NCBI GenBank assembly: GCA_012962155.1 | Contig: DTXZ01000004.1 | Location: forward strand, 1-42,738 | Direction: 5' to 3' | DNA: 42,738 nt | Origin: Aquificales bacterium | GTDB lineage: Bacteria > Aquificota > Aquificia > Aquificales > QOAS01 | In this document: positions 10,801 through 21,148 of the stretch, in pieces | Layout: each line of letters begins with the position of its first letter | How positions within the stretch are numbered: the first letter of the stretch is position 1 | Position numbers and translations under genes: made by a program | Notes under the pieces: generated by a model | Told to the model about the DNA's origin: nothing | Seen by the model: only the letters and a program-made list of their open reading frames with translations | The model's database searches: none

Positions 10801-12565
10801 CCGCCATTTGGTCACCGTCAAAGTCGGCGTTAAACGGTGGACAAACGAGGGGATGAAGTTTTATAGCTTTGCCTTCAACCAATACAGGTTCAAAGGCTTG
10901 AATAGAAGGTCGGTGAAGTGTTGGTGCCCTGTTTAGCAATACGGGGTGCTGTTTCACAACTTCTTCCAAACATTCCCACACTTCGGGAGCCTGCTCTCTA
11001 ACCAGACGCTTAGCCTGTTTTATGGAAGTTGCGTAGCCCTTTTCCTCCAGTCTTCTGTATAGGAAAGGTTTAAACAGCTCTAAAGCCATTATTTTGGGCA
11101 GACCGCACTGGTGCATTTTGAGTTCGGGCCCCACAACGATAACCGAACGTCCCGAATAATCTACCCTTTTACCCAGTAGGTTTTGCCTAAAGCGTCCTTG
11201 TTTCCCTTTGAGGTAATCGGCAAGGGACTTAAGGGGTCTCCTTTTGGAGGTTACAACTTTCCCCCTCTTACCGTTATCTATGAGGGCGTCCACCGCCTCT
11301 TGGAGCATTCTCTTTTCGTTTCGGATGATTATTTCGGGGGCGTCCAGTTCTATAAGCCTTTTTAGACGGTTATTTCTATTGATAACCCTTCTGTAAAGGT
11401 CGTTTAGGTCGGAAGTTGCGAATCTTCCACCCTCCAAGGGAACCAAAGGTCTCAGCTCGGGGGGAATTACGGGTAAAACGTCCAGAATCATCCACTCGGG
11501 GCGGTTACCCGAGTTGATGAAGCCTTCTATAAGTTGGAGTTTCCTTACGTAGTCTTTGATTTTGCTTTCGGGAAAGGCCTTTATTACCGCATGACGGACT
11601 TCCTCTTTAAGTTTTTCTATAATGGGTATCTCACTATTTTTTGTTCGGTAAAGTTCGTAAAGCTTTTCAAGGGCTTCTAAGCCCGTAACAAAATCCTCCG
11701 AAAGTTGTTCTTCCGCTATTTCACCGGTTTTGGGATTGAGCCACTTCTGACCGACAATAAGCCCGTCAAGGGTTTTGGGGTCGGAAGGTTCTATACCGTA
11801 ACGTTGGAAGTATGCGGCTATGGTTCGGACCATACGCTCGTAGAATTTGGGAAATTTCTCCCTGGTTTCGGAATTTAGGTCTTCCCAACTAAGGGAGTAG
11901 GGTTCTATAAGCTGCTTCAGTTTTTCCGCGAAGGCTTCAAGGTCTAATTTGGAGAGAACTTCCTTAATAATTTCAGCACCAATTCCCGCTACGTATTTAT
12001 CTTCCAATGAAAAGGCGTATTCGTTTTGGTAGGTATCCTCGTTTACTATGTGGAGTTTGACCCATTTGGTTTCCCCAAAATCGTTAAGCGGTATGGTTTT
12101 TTCATCCTTGGAAAACTCTTCGTTTTCTTCATCGTCTTGGGGATACTCTATTACAAGGTAGTTTTCAAAATATATAACCTTTTCCGCTTCTCTGGTAGAC
12201 ATATTTAGTAAGGAGGCTATCTTGGAGGGGGAGGATTTTAGAAACCATATATGGGATACGGGAGCGGCTAAATCTATGTGACCGAAACGCTCCCTTCTAA
12301 CGTAGCTTCTCGTAACTTCCACACCGCAACGGTCACAAACGGTTCCTTCAAATTTTTTTCCTTTATATTTACCGCAAAGACATTCGTAATCTTTAATGGG
12401 ACCGAAAATTTTTGCGCAAAATAGACCGTCCTTTTCCGGTTTTAAAGTTCTATAATTTAAGGTTTCGGGTTTTTTTACTTCTCCGTGAGACCAAGAGAGT
12501 ATCTCTTCGGGAGAAGCTATCATTAATTTAATCGCATCAAAGGGTAAAATTCCCTTTTTACCCAT
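7844..12565 (-). CDS. rpoC: DNA-directed RNA polymerase subunit beta'
   Basis: Zn finger C.CGKY...[23 protein letters not shown], active site [28 protein letters not shown]; 1573 aa with Aquificota-style insertions; GGAGG SD upstream. Confidence 0.99.
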   Translation of the reverse strand: MGKKGILPFDAIKLMIASPEEILSWSHGEVKKPETLNYRTLKPEKDGLFCAKIFGPIKDYECLCGKYKGKKFEGTVCDRCGVEVTRSYVRRERFGHIDLAAPVSHIWFLKSSPSKIASLLNMSTREAEKVIYFENYLVIEYPQDDEENEEFSKDEKTIPLNDFGETKWVKLHIVNEDTYQNEYAFSLEDKYVAGIGAEIIKEVLSKLDLEAFAEKLKQLIEPYSLSWEDLNSETREKFPKFYERMVRTIAAYFQRYGIEPSDPKTLDGLIVGQKWLNPKTGEIAEEQLSEDFVTGLEALEKLYELYRTKNSEIPIIEKLKEEVRHAVIKAFPESKIKDYVRKLQLIEGFINSGNRPEWMILDVLPVIPPELRPLVPLEGGRFATSDLNDLYRRVINRNNRLKRLIELDAPEIIIRNEKRMLQEAVDALIDNGKRGKVVTSKRRPLKSLADYLKGKQGRFRQNLLGKRVDYSGRSVIVVGPELKMHQCGLPKIMALELFKPFLYRRLEEKGYATSIKQAKRLVREQAPEVWECLEEVVKQHPVLLNRAPTLHRPSIQAFEPVLVEGKAIKLHPLVCPPFNADFDGDQMAVHVPLGIEPQLESYILMLSTQQVLSPAHGKPLTMPSQDMILGINYITQVIEGRPGEGKLFASPEEAIKAWELGKVDIHAKIKVRFDGKTIETTVGRILFNEILPEKYRKERGFVNQVLNKKNLGKLIYDVYKVVGNEETVNFLDRLKNLGFELSTKAAVSIGMDDIRVPKKKKEIVERAVLETEKIWEQYRKGIITNKERYNRIIDIWSRATEEITQEMFKEIEQTEIVYNGKTFPGTFNSIYMMAISGARGNKDQVRQLAGTRGLMAKHSGEFIETPIISSFKEGLSVLEYFISTYGARKGLADTALKTAQAGYLTRRLVDVAQEVRIVTEDCGTIKGITVEPIIEGGEEKVSIKERVFGRVAAADVKDPITGEVIVKAGELIDDEKAEQIQKAGIEKVKVRSVLTCEAKGGVCAKCYGMDLSNRKPVAVGEAVGIIAAQSIGEPGTQLTMRTFHIGGAATAEKIKSELIAENDGILKYHNVKYVVDRAGRKIVTSKQAQVYIVDKGNGRILERHPIPHGAILLAEEDREITKGTKIAEWNPFAEFIIAEVKGKLQLTDIIKDVTIKEERDPITGKISLVISFMKPKDAMLHTPRLTIVSEDGKEYVYDLPVNATLMVSRDKLKLVWKPCPTCSEAEGAEIQHQYLEPAEDIEVYPGDILARLPKETAKVKDIVGGLPKVEELFEARPPKNPAILSEIDGEVKIYEDADEIIIFNPFTKQTWSHKVAKDELILVKAGQMVRKGTPITDRTKAEIDGRVQMTSKGYKIVVYNRETGLEKEYFVPKGKMLLVKDGDRVQAGDPLTDGTPNPHEILRIKGVEELQKFLIKEIQMVYKLQGVDIHDKHFEIIIRQMLRKVRITDPGDSRFIVREIVDKEDFEEEIKRIKEVGGKLPKAEPVLVGITKAALHTKSWISAASFQETTKVLTDAACEGKIDELRGLKENVIIGNLVPVGTGEEIYSKVQVEPLSQEVGNRLFTEEGEQKAS

Positions 12566-12628
12566 TATGTTAAACCTCCAAAACTATCTAAATTTAGGTT
12601 GGAAAAAAGAGAAAAACAAAAGCATCGG

Positions 12629-15600
12629 TTAGAAAAGTTTCTTCTTATCCTCTTCCTCTTCGCGGATTTTAATCTGGTCGCAACCGACCGATTTTGCTTC
12701 GTCAAAGTTTATGCATCTAACGTCAAGGGCTAAACCTTTAAGTTCCCTAACCAATACCTTAAAGGATTCGGGCAATCCGGGTGTATATACATATTTACCG
12801 TTTACGATAGCCTCGTAAACCTTGGTTCTACCTTCAATGTCGTCGGATTTGACGGTGAGCATCTCTTGAAGCGTGTATGCAGCACCGTGGGCTTCCAGTG
12901 CCCAAACTTCCATTTCTCCGAGACGCTGACCACCGAATTGCGCCTTACCGCCAAGGGGCTGCTGGGTAACTAGCGAATACGGTCCCGTTGCCCTGGCGTG
13001 AATCTTGTCGTCTACCATGTGTATCAATTTGTTCATATACATATATCCGACGGTAACTTCCATATCAAAAGGTTCGCCCGTTCTACCATCATAGAGGGTT
13101 ACCTTACCGCTTTCGGACAATCCCGCCATTTTGAGGAGGGTTTTAATGTCCCTTTCGGTAGCCCCCTCAAATACGGGAGTGGCAATAGGTATTCCTTTTT
13201 TTGCATATTCTTTAACAACTTCCCTAAAGCTTTCGTCGTCTAGACTATCCAGCCATTCCTTTATCTCCTTTTGCATTTTGCCGTCCCTGTCGCCAACGGC
13301 GTATATTTCAACTATCCGTTTGGTTATCTCCTCTTGGCTAAAGCCATTTTGGAGCATTTCGCCCAGTTGTTCTCCCAACTTCTTGGCGGCGAAGCCAAGG
13401 TGGGTTTCCAAGATCTGTCCGATATTCATACGGGAGGGAACACCCAGGGGGTTGAGAACTATATCAACCGGTGTTCCGTCTTCAAGGAAAGGCATATCTT
13501 CAACGGGCAATACCACCGAGATGACACCCTTGTTTCCGTGGCGACCGGCCATTTTGTCTCCGACTTTAATCTTCCTCTTTTGGGCTATGTAGATTTTCAC
13601 CAAGGTGTTCACACCGGGTTTTAAACCGCCCTTTTCAAGCTGTTTCCTTTTCTCCTCGTATATCCTATCGAGGACGCGGGTTTGGAGTTTAAACCTCTCG
13701 GTAATCTCCTCTACCTTCTTAAGGACTTCCTCCTCTTTTATAAACTTCTTTGGATTAAGGCTGATAACGGGTAACACCCTATTTATGTTTTCTTCGGTTA
13801 TCTTCTCACCCTTTTTGAGCAGGACTGCATTTCCAACCTTAAGGTCTTCCTCTATAGTTAGGCCTACCAGCAGTTCCTTTAGGACTATGTTTCTACCTTC
13901 CAAAAGAAGTTTCTTTTTTTCTTCGTATTCCTTTTCTAGTTTTTCCCTTTCCTCCCTTATAACATCCTGGGCGAGTTTATTCTTTGAGGCCTGGTCTTTC
14001 CTTGTAAATACCTTAACGTCTATAACTATACCTTCCAATCCGGGAGGACATCTAAGCGATACGTCTTTAACATCTTTTGTTTTTTCCCCAAATACCGCCT
14101 GCAAAAGTTTCTCCTCGGGGGTTAGTTGTCCTTCCTCTTTGGGTGCTACTTTACCTACCAAAATGTCTCCCGGTTTTACATAAGTTCCCACCTTTACTAT
14201 TCCGTATTCGTCTAAGTGGGCTACAGCCTTTTCGCCCACACCGGGAATGTTACGGGTTATTATTTCATCCCCCAATTTGGTTTCCCTGGCTTCTACTTCC
14301 AATTCCTCTATATGGATGGAGGTATATACATCTTCCTTAACAAGTCGCTCGGAAATAACTATCGCGTCCTCAAAGTTGTAACCCCTCCAAGGCATAAAGG
14401 CCACGAGGACGTCCTTTCCTAGAGCCAATTCCCCCCTTTCGGTAGAGTAACCATCCGCTATAACTTCTCCTTTTTCAACCTTCTGTCCGGGACGTACGAG
14501 GGGTTTTTGGTTTAAACATGTATCTTGGTTCGTTCTTTGGAACTTTTTAAGTTCGTAAATATCGATACCGAGGTCGTTGGGGTCGTCAAAGTTAATCTCT
14601 TCACGGTTTACCCTGATTATTATCCTTCTGGAGTTAGCCTCTTCGACTACCCCTCCCCTCTTGGCAACCACTACAGCGTGGGAATCCCTGGCAACAACCT
14701 TTTCCATTCCCGTTCCCACTAAGGGAGAGCTAGTCTTTATGAGGGGGACCGCCTGACGTTGCATATTGGACCCCATCAAAGCCCTATTTGCGTCGTCGTG
14801 TTCCAAGAACGGAATCAGCGACGATGAAGGAGATACAACCTGTTTGGGAGATACGTCCATATAGTCTATCTGTTTGGGGTTGTTTATTATATGGATATCG
14901 CTCTTCCACCTTACGAGGATTCGGTCAGAAATTATATTACCCTCTTCGTCGGTGGGAGAGTATTGGGCTATAAATTTATCTTCCTCTTCGTAAGCGGCGA
15001 GCCATTCTACCTCGTTGGTAACTTTACCGTCTTTAACTTTCCTATAGGGGGTTATTAGAAAACCGTATTCGTTCAGTTGGGCAAATACGGTGGGAGAGGT
15101 TACCAAACCGATATTTTGACCTTCGGGAGTTTCTATTGGACAAATCCTACCGTAGTGGGAGGGGTGAACGTCCCTTATTTCAAACTTCGCACTTTCCCTG
15201 GTCAGTCCGCCGGGCCCCAAAGCGGACAGACGCCTTTTATGGGTTAGACCCGTCAAGGGGTTGGTGTGGTCCAAGTATTGGGAAAGTTGTCCCGTTTTCA
15301 AAAAGTCCATTATGGTGGAGGTAATGTGACGGGGGTTTATAAGGTCCTGGGGTCTTAGGTCGGGGTTTCCTATATTGACGATATTGGCCTTGTCCCTGAA
15401 TCCCCTTTCCATACGGGCAACGCCCATACGGGCTTGGGCTTCTAAGAGTTCGCCAACGGGTCTAACCCTACGGTTTCCAAGGTGGGCTACGCTATCGGTT
15501 TTATCCCTTTCAAATCTTAGGTCTATAAGTTTTTTAACAATGGCTACCAAATCGTACCATTGCAGGAAGCGGGCTTCCTCTTCCGTATAGTCCTTTACGG

Positions 15601-17167
15601 GTATGGAATTAACACCCACATTAAAGAGTTTTTCAGCCAACTCTCTGGTAACCCTTGTTCCCTCTTTGTAAACCTCTCCGTTTACCTCTATATCTTGGGC
15701 CAACGCCAAGGGAGGGATTTTGTCCAATAGTTCTAGGTCCTGGGGTTTTAGCTCTTTGGGTAACTTGTGAACCCTTGCGTTGAGTTTAACCCTACCTACA
15801 TGGGAGAGGTCGTATCTGTGAAGGTCGGCAAAGTAAGCCCTCCAGTAGTTTCTAGCCCTCTCCGCAAGGTTTTCAAAGGTTAAGGTGATAGGCTCCAAGG
15901 GGCGGAGTTTCTTGTAGATCTCAATTTTTGCGTAATCGGAAAATCCAAACCTTGCGGGAACCCTAACGGGAGAAGCGTTTTCGGGAGATCTTACCGAGGT
16001 TTCCTTTATTACCGTTTCCAAAGGTATTTTTGCCCAAGGGGATTTGGTTGCTTCCTGATTGGAAACCGCCGTTATGTAAACGATTTCATACCTATCGTCG
16101 GAAAGAAGTCTTTTGAGCTTCCCAGTATTTTCAATAAAGCGCTCCTCAATAAACTCCTCCTCCGTTTGGGTATCCTGAACAAAGGCTTTATAGCGGATTA
16201 ATGCAAAGAGGTTGTAGCCTTCCAGCTCCTCAAGGGTAAATTCCTCGCCGGTCTCCGCATCAACAAAGGCACCGTCTTGGAAATAAAGTTTTTTAGTTCC
16301 GGGATAGAACTGTTTTAGAATATCGTAGGCGGTTTCCAATCCCCAGGCTCTAAAAACCAGCGACCCGCTGAGTTTTTTCTTATTTAGCCTTGCGTAAAAC
16401 TCGTCCGAAGTGGAGGTTAATTCAAACTCAACCCTTATACCCTTATCGCTAACTACCGAACCCCTGTAAATTTTTCTCGAAATGGGACCTTCTTTAGCCC
16501 TATCTTCCTTAATTTCGTAAAACAGTCCGGGAGACCTTATCAGTTGGTTAATAATTATTCTTTCTGTTCCGTTGGTTATAAAGGTCCCCTCTTCAGTCAT
16601 GAGGGGAACTTCCCCGAAGTAAACCTTCTTGGGGGGTCTAACCCACCATTTAACACCCTCTTCGTCAACTTCTATTTGACCCTTTCCTTTTGGAGGGATA
16701 AAGTTTTCGTCATCTACCCTGGTTGCAACCTGAAGTAAAACCCTCAGCGGAGCGGAATAGGTAAGACCTTTTTCTTTACATTCTTTGGGTGTATAAGGTT
16801 TTTTCCAAACGAGGTATATCCTTTTGTTTTCTTTCTCCAAACAACGGGGGCATATTTCACCGGGACCACCCAATTCGGTTTCCCCGGGTTTATATCCGCA
16901 AACGGGACATTCCCAATCCCCTATTTCGTAACCCAAATATCTAAGTTCAACCCTTTCGTTGGGGTCCCTAAGGGGGAAGGTTACCCTAAAGAGGTTTTCC
17001 AAACCGGTACGTTTTCTCTGGTTGGAATTTACGTGGTCTTGCAAGAACCTTTTATAGGAATCCTTAGGTATCTTCAGCAGGTATGGTATGGGAACCAAAG
17101 TTTCCTTGGATCCGAAAAATTTCCTGGGAAGGGCTTCATTGGGTTTGAATTTCCTTTTTTCGGTCAT
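12629..17167 (-). CDS. rpoB: DNA-directed RNA polymerase subunit beta
   Basis: [57 protein letters not shown]. Start placed at ATG 17167 (MTEK), which follows a GAGGGG SD; an alternative in-frame ATG is at 17185. Confidence 0.98.
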   Translation of the reverse strand: MTEKRKFKPNEALPRKFFGSKETLVPIPYLLKIPKDSYKRFLQDHVNSNQRKRTGLENLFRVTFPLRDPNERVELRYLGYEIGDWECPVCGYKPGETELGGPGEICPRCLEKENKRIYLVWKKPYTPKECKEKGLTYSAPLRVLLQVATRVDDENFIPPKGKGQIEVDEEGVKWWVRPPKKVYFGEVPLMTEEGTFITNGTERIIINQLIRSPGLFYEIKEDRAKEGPISRKIYRGSVVSDKGIRVEFELTSTSDEFYARLNKKKLSGSLVFRAWGLETAYDILKQFYPGTKKLYFQDGAFVDAETGEEFTLEELEGYNLFALIRYKAFVQDTQTEEEFIEERFIENTGKLKRLLSDDRYEIVYITAVSNQEATKSPWAKIPLETVIKETSVRSPENASPVRVPARFGFSDYAKIEIYKKLRPLEPITLTFENLAERARNYWRAYFADLHRYDLSHVGRVKLNARVHKLPKELKPQDLELLDKIPPLALAQDIEVNGEVYKEGTRVTRELAEKLFNVGVNSIPVKDYTEEEARFLQWYDLVAIVKKLIDLRFERDKTDSVAHLGNRRVRPVGELLEAQARMGVARMERGFRDKANIVNIGNPDLRPQDLINPRHITSTIMDFLKTGQLSQYLDHTNPLTGLTHKRRLSALGPGGLTRESAKFEIRDVHPSHYGRICPIETPEGQNIGLVTSPTVFAQLNEYGFLITPYRKVKDGKVTNEVEWLAAYEEEDKFIAQYSPTDEEGNIISDRILVRWKSDIHIINNPKQIDYMDVSPKQVVSPSSSLIPFLEHDDANRALMGSNMQRQAVPLIKTSSPLVGTGMEKVVARDSHAVVVAKRGGVVEEANSRRIIIRVNREEINFDDPNDLGIDIYELKKFQRTNQDTCLNQKPLVRPGQKVEKGEVIADGYSTERGELALGKDVLVAFMPWRGYNFEDAIVISERLVKEDVYTSIHIEELEVEARETKLGDEIITRNIPGVGEKAVAHLDEYGIVKVGTYVKPGDILVGKVAPKEEGQLTPEEKLLQAVFGEKTKDVKDVSLRCPPGLEGIVIDVKVFTRKDQASKNKLAQDVIREEREKLEKEYEEKKKLLLEGRNIVLKELLVGLTIEEDLKVGNAVLLKKGEKITEENINRVLPVISLNPKKFIKEEEVLKKVEEITERFKLQTRVLDRIYEEKRKQLEKGGLKPGVNTLVKIYIAQKRKIKVGDKMAGRHGNKGVISVVLPVEDMPFLEDGTPVDIVLNPLGVPSRMNIGQILETHLGFAAKKLGEQLGEMLQNGFSQEEITKRIVEIYAVGDRDGKMQKEIKEWLDSLDDESFREVVKEYAKKGIPIATPVFEGATERDIKTLLKMAGLSESGKVTLYDGRTGEPFDMEVTVGYMYMNKLIHMVDDKIHARATGPYSLVTQQPLGGKAQFGGQRLGEMEVWALEAHGAAYTLQEMLTVKSDDIEGRTKVYEAIVNGKYVYTPGLPESFKVLVRELKGLALDVRCINFDEAKSVGCDQIKIREEEEDKKKLF

Positions 17168-17206
17168 ATTATTATTACCCCTCATGGTTAAAAGTGCAAC
17201 CTATTA

Positions 17207-17236
17207 ATTATAAACCGCGAAAGGGGGAGATTTCAA
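17207..17236 (-). promoter_or_regulatory. Putative sigma70 promoter for rpoBC
   Basis: Minus strand TTGAAA (17236-17231), 18-bp spacer, TATAAT (17212-17207), inside the short fliP-rpoB gap. Confidence 0.6.
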
Positions 17237-17240
17237 GAGA

Positions 17241-17927
17241 CTACGGCAAATTGGGTATATGGTAACTCTTTACCAAAGTTTTTGCCAATAGTTCCCAACC
17301 GTTGATTAGCACAAAGAGGATAATCTTCAACGGTAGCGATATAACCGTAGGCGGAAGCATAAATATACCCAACCCTATGAGGATTGTTGCGACCACTATA
17401 TCTATTACCAAAAAGGGTAAATAAAGGAGAAAAACTATCTCAAATGCTGTTTTTATTTCGCTAACCATATAGGCGGGAATAAGAACCCTCCAGGGTATCT
17501 TTTCCGGAACCCTATCCTCTTTTGGCAAGTTTGCCAGATCCATAAACACTTTTAAGGAACTTTTTTGGGTATTGTAGAGCATAAAAGTCCTTATCGGAGC
17601 GCCCGTCCTCTTTATAAACTCCTCATCGGTAATTTCATTTTTTATGTAGGGAACGAAGGCGTTGTTATATATCTTTTGAAAAATCGGATACATAATGAAG
17701 AAGGTTAAAAATAGGGCTAAGGAAATTATTACCTGATTGGGAGGAATGGTGGGCGTTCCTATCGCCTGTCTTATCAGGGCCAAAACTATAACTATACGGA
17801 CAAAGGATGTAAACATTATCAATAGGGAAGGGGCTAGGGATAAAAGGGTTAGAAGGAGAAGCAATTTTATAGGGGTAGCTAATTTAACCCCTTCGGTTGT
17901 CAGTTGAACAGTTACATCTCCCGCCAT
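17241..17927 (-). CDS. fliP: Flagellar export apparatus protein FliP
   Basis: TSFVRIVIVL..IRQAIG...PPNQV, LIPAY.VSEIKTAF, LPFLVIDIVVA, MLPP..ISLPLK; multiple hydrophobic segments. Confidence 0.96.
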   Translation of the reverse strand: MAGDVTVQLTTEGVKLATPIKLLLLLTLLSLAPSLLIMFTSFVRIVIVLALIRQAIGTPTIPPNQVIISLALFLTFFIMYPIFQKIYNNAFVPYIKNEITDEEFIKRTGAPIRTFMLYNTQKSSLKVFMDLANLPKEDRVPEKIPWRVLIPAYMVSEIKTAFEIVFLLYLPFLVIDIVVATILIGLGIFMLPPTVISLPLKIILFVLINGWELLAKTLVKSYHIPNLP

Positions 17928-17932
17928 AGGTT

Positions 17933-18229
17933 TTAATCTCCGATTTTAGAAATTTTTACAAAACCTCCGCCTTTCGAATATCCCCAAACCTCAAAGTGGG
18001 TTCCCTTCGGAGTTTTGACCTCAACGAAGATTAAATAACCTTCCCCCATAAAGGGGAGAACCTTTAAAATCCTTACCGATTGGTTGGGAGAAAGCTGAAT
18101 TTCTCCCTTTGTTAGGAATATCACGTTTCCATACTTTTTACGGAAAAGCCAAAAGATACCGCCTAAGGTAAGGAGGAATACTATCAGCCCCGCGTAGATG
18201 TATAAAAAAAGAGAACTGTCAAAGGGCAT
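17933..18229 (-). CDS. Small single-pass membrane protein, FliO-like by position and topology
   Basis: One N-terminal TM helix followed by RKK and a small beta-rich domain, lying between fliL and fliP. Start moved to ATG 18229 just after the fliL stop. No sequence motif proves FliO. Confidence 0.55.
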   Translation of the reverse strand: MPFDSSLFLYIYAGLIVFLLTLGGIFWLFRKKYGNVIFLTKGEIQLSPNQSVRILKVLPFMGEGYLIFVEVKTPKGTHFEVWGYSKGGGFVKISKIGD

Positions 18230-18233
18230 AGGC

Positions 18234-18758
18234 CTACATAGTTTGTACCACAAATTGGGTGAAGTATACCGCTTTAATACCGCCTTCGGGAAGTAGAGCG
18301 TTTAACCTTTTGAGGAGTTCTATTTTTAACCTCTCCCTTCCTTCGGGAGTTCTTACATCTCTGTAATACTTGCTGCTTATGAGGTCGTTTATCGCATCTT
18401 TTATGGCGGGCATCATTTGGTTTACATCGTTTTGAACCTTTTCGTTCATAACCTCTAGGGTTACAGAAACTTTTACAAATCTTTGAACGTCGGTATCGGC
18501 CAGATTAACCACGAATTCGCCAACGTCGATAAATATCCCAGGCTTGGAAAGTTCCTCCAATTCCGGTGGGGGCTTGGGTTTTTCCTCCGTTGCGTTTTCA
18601 GTAGCGTTGACATTCTCTTGGGGAGGAGTCTTTTTTAGCAAAAAGAAATAGGCCGCGGCACCACCACCCCCCAAAATAAGGAGTAGGGGAAAGCCGAGAA
18701 GTAAAAGTTTTTTCTTTCCTCCTCCTTGTGCAGCTTCTTTCTTTTGTTCTTCCGCCAT
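18234..18758 (-). CDS. fliL: Flagellar basal body protein FliL
   Basis: GGGKKK-TM-GGGAAAYFF N-terminus, FVVNLAD, IKDAI...SSK, EGRE.LK.E, VYFTQFVVQ C-terminus. Confidence 0.95.
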   Translation of the reverse strand: MAEEQKKEAAQGGGKKKLLLLGFPLLLILGGGGAAAYFFLLKKTPPQENVNATENATEEKPKPPPELEELSKPGIFIDVGEFVVNLADTDVQRFVKVSVTLEVMNEKVQNDVNQMMPAIKDAINDLISSKYYRDVRTPEGRERLKIELLKRLNALLPEGGIKAVYFTQFVVQTM

Positions 18759-18771
18759 ACCTTAACCTCTA

Positions 18772-20427
18772 TTAACGTTTTAGATTTATAGTTGTATCCA
18801 TAATAGTCTGTCCCGTCTGGATAACCTTTGCATTAGCCTGATAGGCTTTTTCCGCGGTAATCATGTTAATCATCTCTTCCGTTATATCTACATTGGATAA
18901 TTCCAAAGCTCCAGCCCTAATTTTTGCACTAGCACCCGCATATTCAATTAACGGTTGAACTGTTGAAAGGGTTGTAAATATATTGGAACCCTTGGGCATA
19001 AGGGCCTGTTTATCTCTAAAGTAAGCCAATTGAAGCCTATATATGGTTTTGGAAACCCCATTACTGTAAAGGGCCGTAATTGTTCCATCTTCTCCGATGG
19101 AGAGACCGGTAAACCTTCCCGCGCCGTAACCATCTTGGTTGTAGCCCAACGAAAATTCTACGGGATATTGTGTTAGACCATTTAGGTCTACCTCTTTTAA
19201 AAGAAGTTTGTCCCGAAGTGTTTGGGGAAGTTGGGTTAAATCTATACCGATTCTGCTATAATCGGGTTGGATTTTCCCATCTTTAAAGTGTAAAATAGCG
19301 TAAACTTCATCGTTTTCTTTATCTACATCGTTCGTTAGAGGGTTTTTTATTACCTTGTTTGTTGTGTTTAAAACGTTATAAACTTCATGGTCGTTAACTT
19401 TTAAAAGAACAAAGGTTTCCCAGTAATCTTCAACGGTAGCGGCTTGTATAGTTTTATAATTGGTTAATTTGTTATTGGTATCCAAAGTTACTTCATAAAT
19501 GTCTCCCGTATTTTGGTTTTTTGCTACAATATGCGGTTTATTATTTTTGTCAAGATACCAATAAACCTCATATTTATCGCTACCATAAACGACATCTCGG
19601 GCTATTAGAACCGCATTATCCGGTAAAGAAGTTAATGTTGTAGATGTGGCTACCTTAGTTTTGTAATAGGAATTATCATTTGGATTGAAATATACAAAAT
19701 GGTTATTACCTATATCGTCCTTGGCTACAAAGGTATAGTAGTGATTTCCGTTATTATCGTAAAGTTTGGGATTCAGTTTTTTCATATAGATGGAAACGTC
19801 TTTAGTTTGCCCATCGGTTGTATAAATTTTAACGGTATAAACGATATTAAAACTTTGGGCGTTATTGGGGTCAAAGTCTACAGTCGGAGTAGTTCCCCTG
19901 GGGTCTAAATTGGAGCCATCCTGGGTATAAATTTTCTCCGTAGCCTTTGGCTCTAAAATTGAGTCTACGGTTACAGGTTCCAACTTATTAGTTGTATAAC
20001 TAAGTCCCAAAACCTTTAATCCACTGCTGTGAACCAGATACATAACCTCTTTTCCGTGTTTTTCTCCGCCGGCAAAGGTTAGTTGTCCGTCACGGGAATA
20101 GTATTTAACCCCGTTGTTGTCTTCTAGTATTAAAAATCCGTCACCCTCTATTGCTATATCCGTATTGACTCCGGTTGTCTTAAAGGATCCCAAGGAGAAA
20201 TCCCTTAGGGTGTGGCCGAGGGTTACACCTCCACCAAAGGTTATATTGGAAACCGTCCCCGTTGTGGGTTGATACTGCATAATGTTTTGCAATACAATAT
20301 CCTGAAAGATAGGTTTGGATTTCTTAAAACCGATAGTATTGGCGTTCGCTATATTATCGGCGGTGATGTCTAACCACCCGCGGGAACTTTTTATACCCGT
20401 TATCGCTGTAAAGAAAGACCTTAACAT
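18772..20427 (-). CDS. flgE: Flagellar hook protein FlgE with enlarged central domain
   Basis: N-terminal NIANANTIGFK, DIAIEGDGF, YSRDG; C-terminal QDGY..G, GALELSNVD...E...MI.A..AYQAN; 551 aa. Confidence 0.93.
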   Translation of the reverse strand: MLRSFFTAITGIKSSRGWLDITADNIANANTIGFKKSKPIFQDIVLQNIMQYQPTTGTVSNITFGGGVTLGHTLRDFSLGSFKTTGVNTDIAIEGDGFLILEDNNGVKYYSRDGQLTFAGGEKHGKEVMYLVHSSGLKVLGLSYTTNKLEPVTVDSILEPKATEKIYTQDGSNLDPRGTTPTVDFDPNNAQSFNIVYTVKIYTTDGQTKDVSIYMKKLNPKLYDNNGNHYYTFVAKDDIGNNHFVYFNPNDNSYYKTKVATSTTLTSLPDNAVLIARDVVYGSDKYEVYWYLDKNNKPHIVAKNQNTGDIYEVTLDTNNKLTNYKTIQAATVEDYWETFVLLKVNDHEVYNVLNTTNKVIKNPLTNDVDKENDEVYAILHFKDGKIQPDYSRIGIDLTQLPQTLRDKLLLKEVDLNGLTQYPVEFSLGYNQDGYGAGRFTGLSIGEDGTITALYSNGVSKTIYRLQLAYFRDKQALMPKGSNIFTTLSTVQPLIEYAGASAKIRAGALELSNVDITEEMINMITAEKAYQANAKVIQTGQTIMDTTINLKR

Positions 20428-20438
20428 ACCAAGCCCCC

Positions 20439-20467
20439 TTTATATTGAAGATTATAATCTTTGTCAA
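20439..20467 (-). promoter_or_regulatory. Putative sigma70 promoter for flgE-fliL-fliO-fliP
   Basis: Minus strand perfect TTGACA (20467-20462), 17-bp spacer, TATAAA (20444-20439), ending 11 nt before the flgE ATG. Confidence 0.5.
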
Positions 20468-20506
20468 AGAACCTCCCGAAAATATTTAACCGTTTAACGG
20501 TTTTCT

Positions 20507-21148
20507 ATGGAAACGTTAATTTCCGTTTGCGAAATATATCCAACCATTCAAGGTGAAGGTTTTTTGGTAGGTTCACCGATAACCCTCTTAAGGTTTCAAG
20601 GTTGCAATATATACTGCCAGTGGTGTGATACTAAATATGCCATCCCCTTTAGGGAGGAGGTGAAAGTTCCCCTAAAAGAGGTTTTAAAAAAAATTGCCCA
20701 AATAGGCAGAAAACACATATTAATTACCGGTGGAGAGCCCTTTGCCCATCCCGTTTTGGGGGATTTTTGTCAAATCCTCATGAAGGAGGGGTATTTCGTG
20801 CAGATAGAAACCAACGGGACCATTTGGCAATCGGTTTTTGAAAAACTTCCCAGGGAGGGTTTTTATATAAGCCTTTCTCCAAAATATTCGGTAAATTACA
20901 AAATAGACCCCAAGTTTTCCCAGTTTGCGGACGAACTAAAAATGGTAGTTGACGAACATCTAACCTTGGACGTTATATTAAAAGAGGAATTTCTCCCCCT
21001 TGTCAAGGGGAAAAAACTCATTCTCCAACCGGAGGGAAACAAAGAGGAAAACCTGAAAAGGGCTTTAAACCTTTTAGACCAACTCCTAAAGATGGGTTTT
21101 TACGCCCGAATAATCCCCCAAATGCACAAACTTATTAATCTCCCTTGA
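20507..21148 (+). CDS. queE: 7-carboxy-7-deazaguanine synthase (radical SAM)
   Basis: EIY.TIQGEG...G, GCNIYCQWCDT (CX3CX2C), TGGEP, IETNG, SPK, LQP, PQMHK. Confidence 0.92.
   Translation: METLISVCEIYPTIQGEGFLVGSPITLLRFQGCNIYCQWCDTKYAIPFREEVKVPLKEVLKKIAQIGRKHILITGGEPFAHPVLGDFCQILMKEGYFVQIETNGTIWQSVFEKLPREGFYISLSPKYSVNYKIDPKFSQFADELKMVVDEHLTLDVILKEEFLPLVKGKKLILQPEGNKEENLKRALNLLDQLLKMGFYARIIPQMHKLINLP

Noticed and set aside
8400-12200. Large RpoC insertions as inteins or novel domains
   Set aside because: No C/S...HN termini; they resemble the lineage-specific insertions I recall from Aquifex RpoC.
13605-14183. Long antisense ORFs (this 192-aa one, 22432-22920, 26327-26779 and others)
   Set aside because: They lie opposite conserved genes, have Ser/Phe-biased shadow composition and no recognisable motifs.
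20428-20506. preQ1 riboswitch upstream of queE
   Set aside because: No stem plus A-rich tail matching a preQ1 aptamer; the gap is short and taken up by promoter-like elements.
21135-21148. Overlapping or abutting convergent stops (queE/argB, bioD/rpoC, oxidoreductase/glnB, murI/PG-binding gene)
   Set aside because: Consistent with ordinary genome compaction; no evidence of a specific regulatory function.
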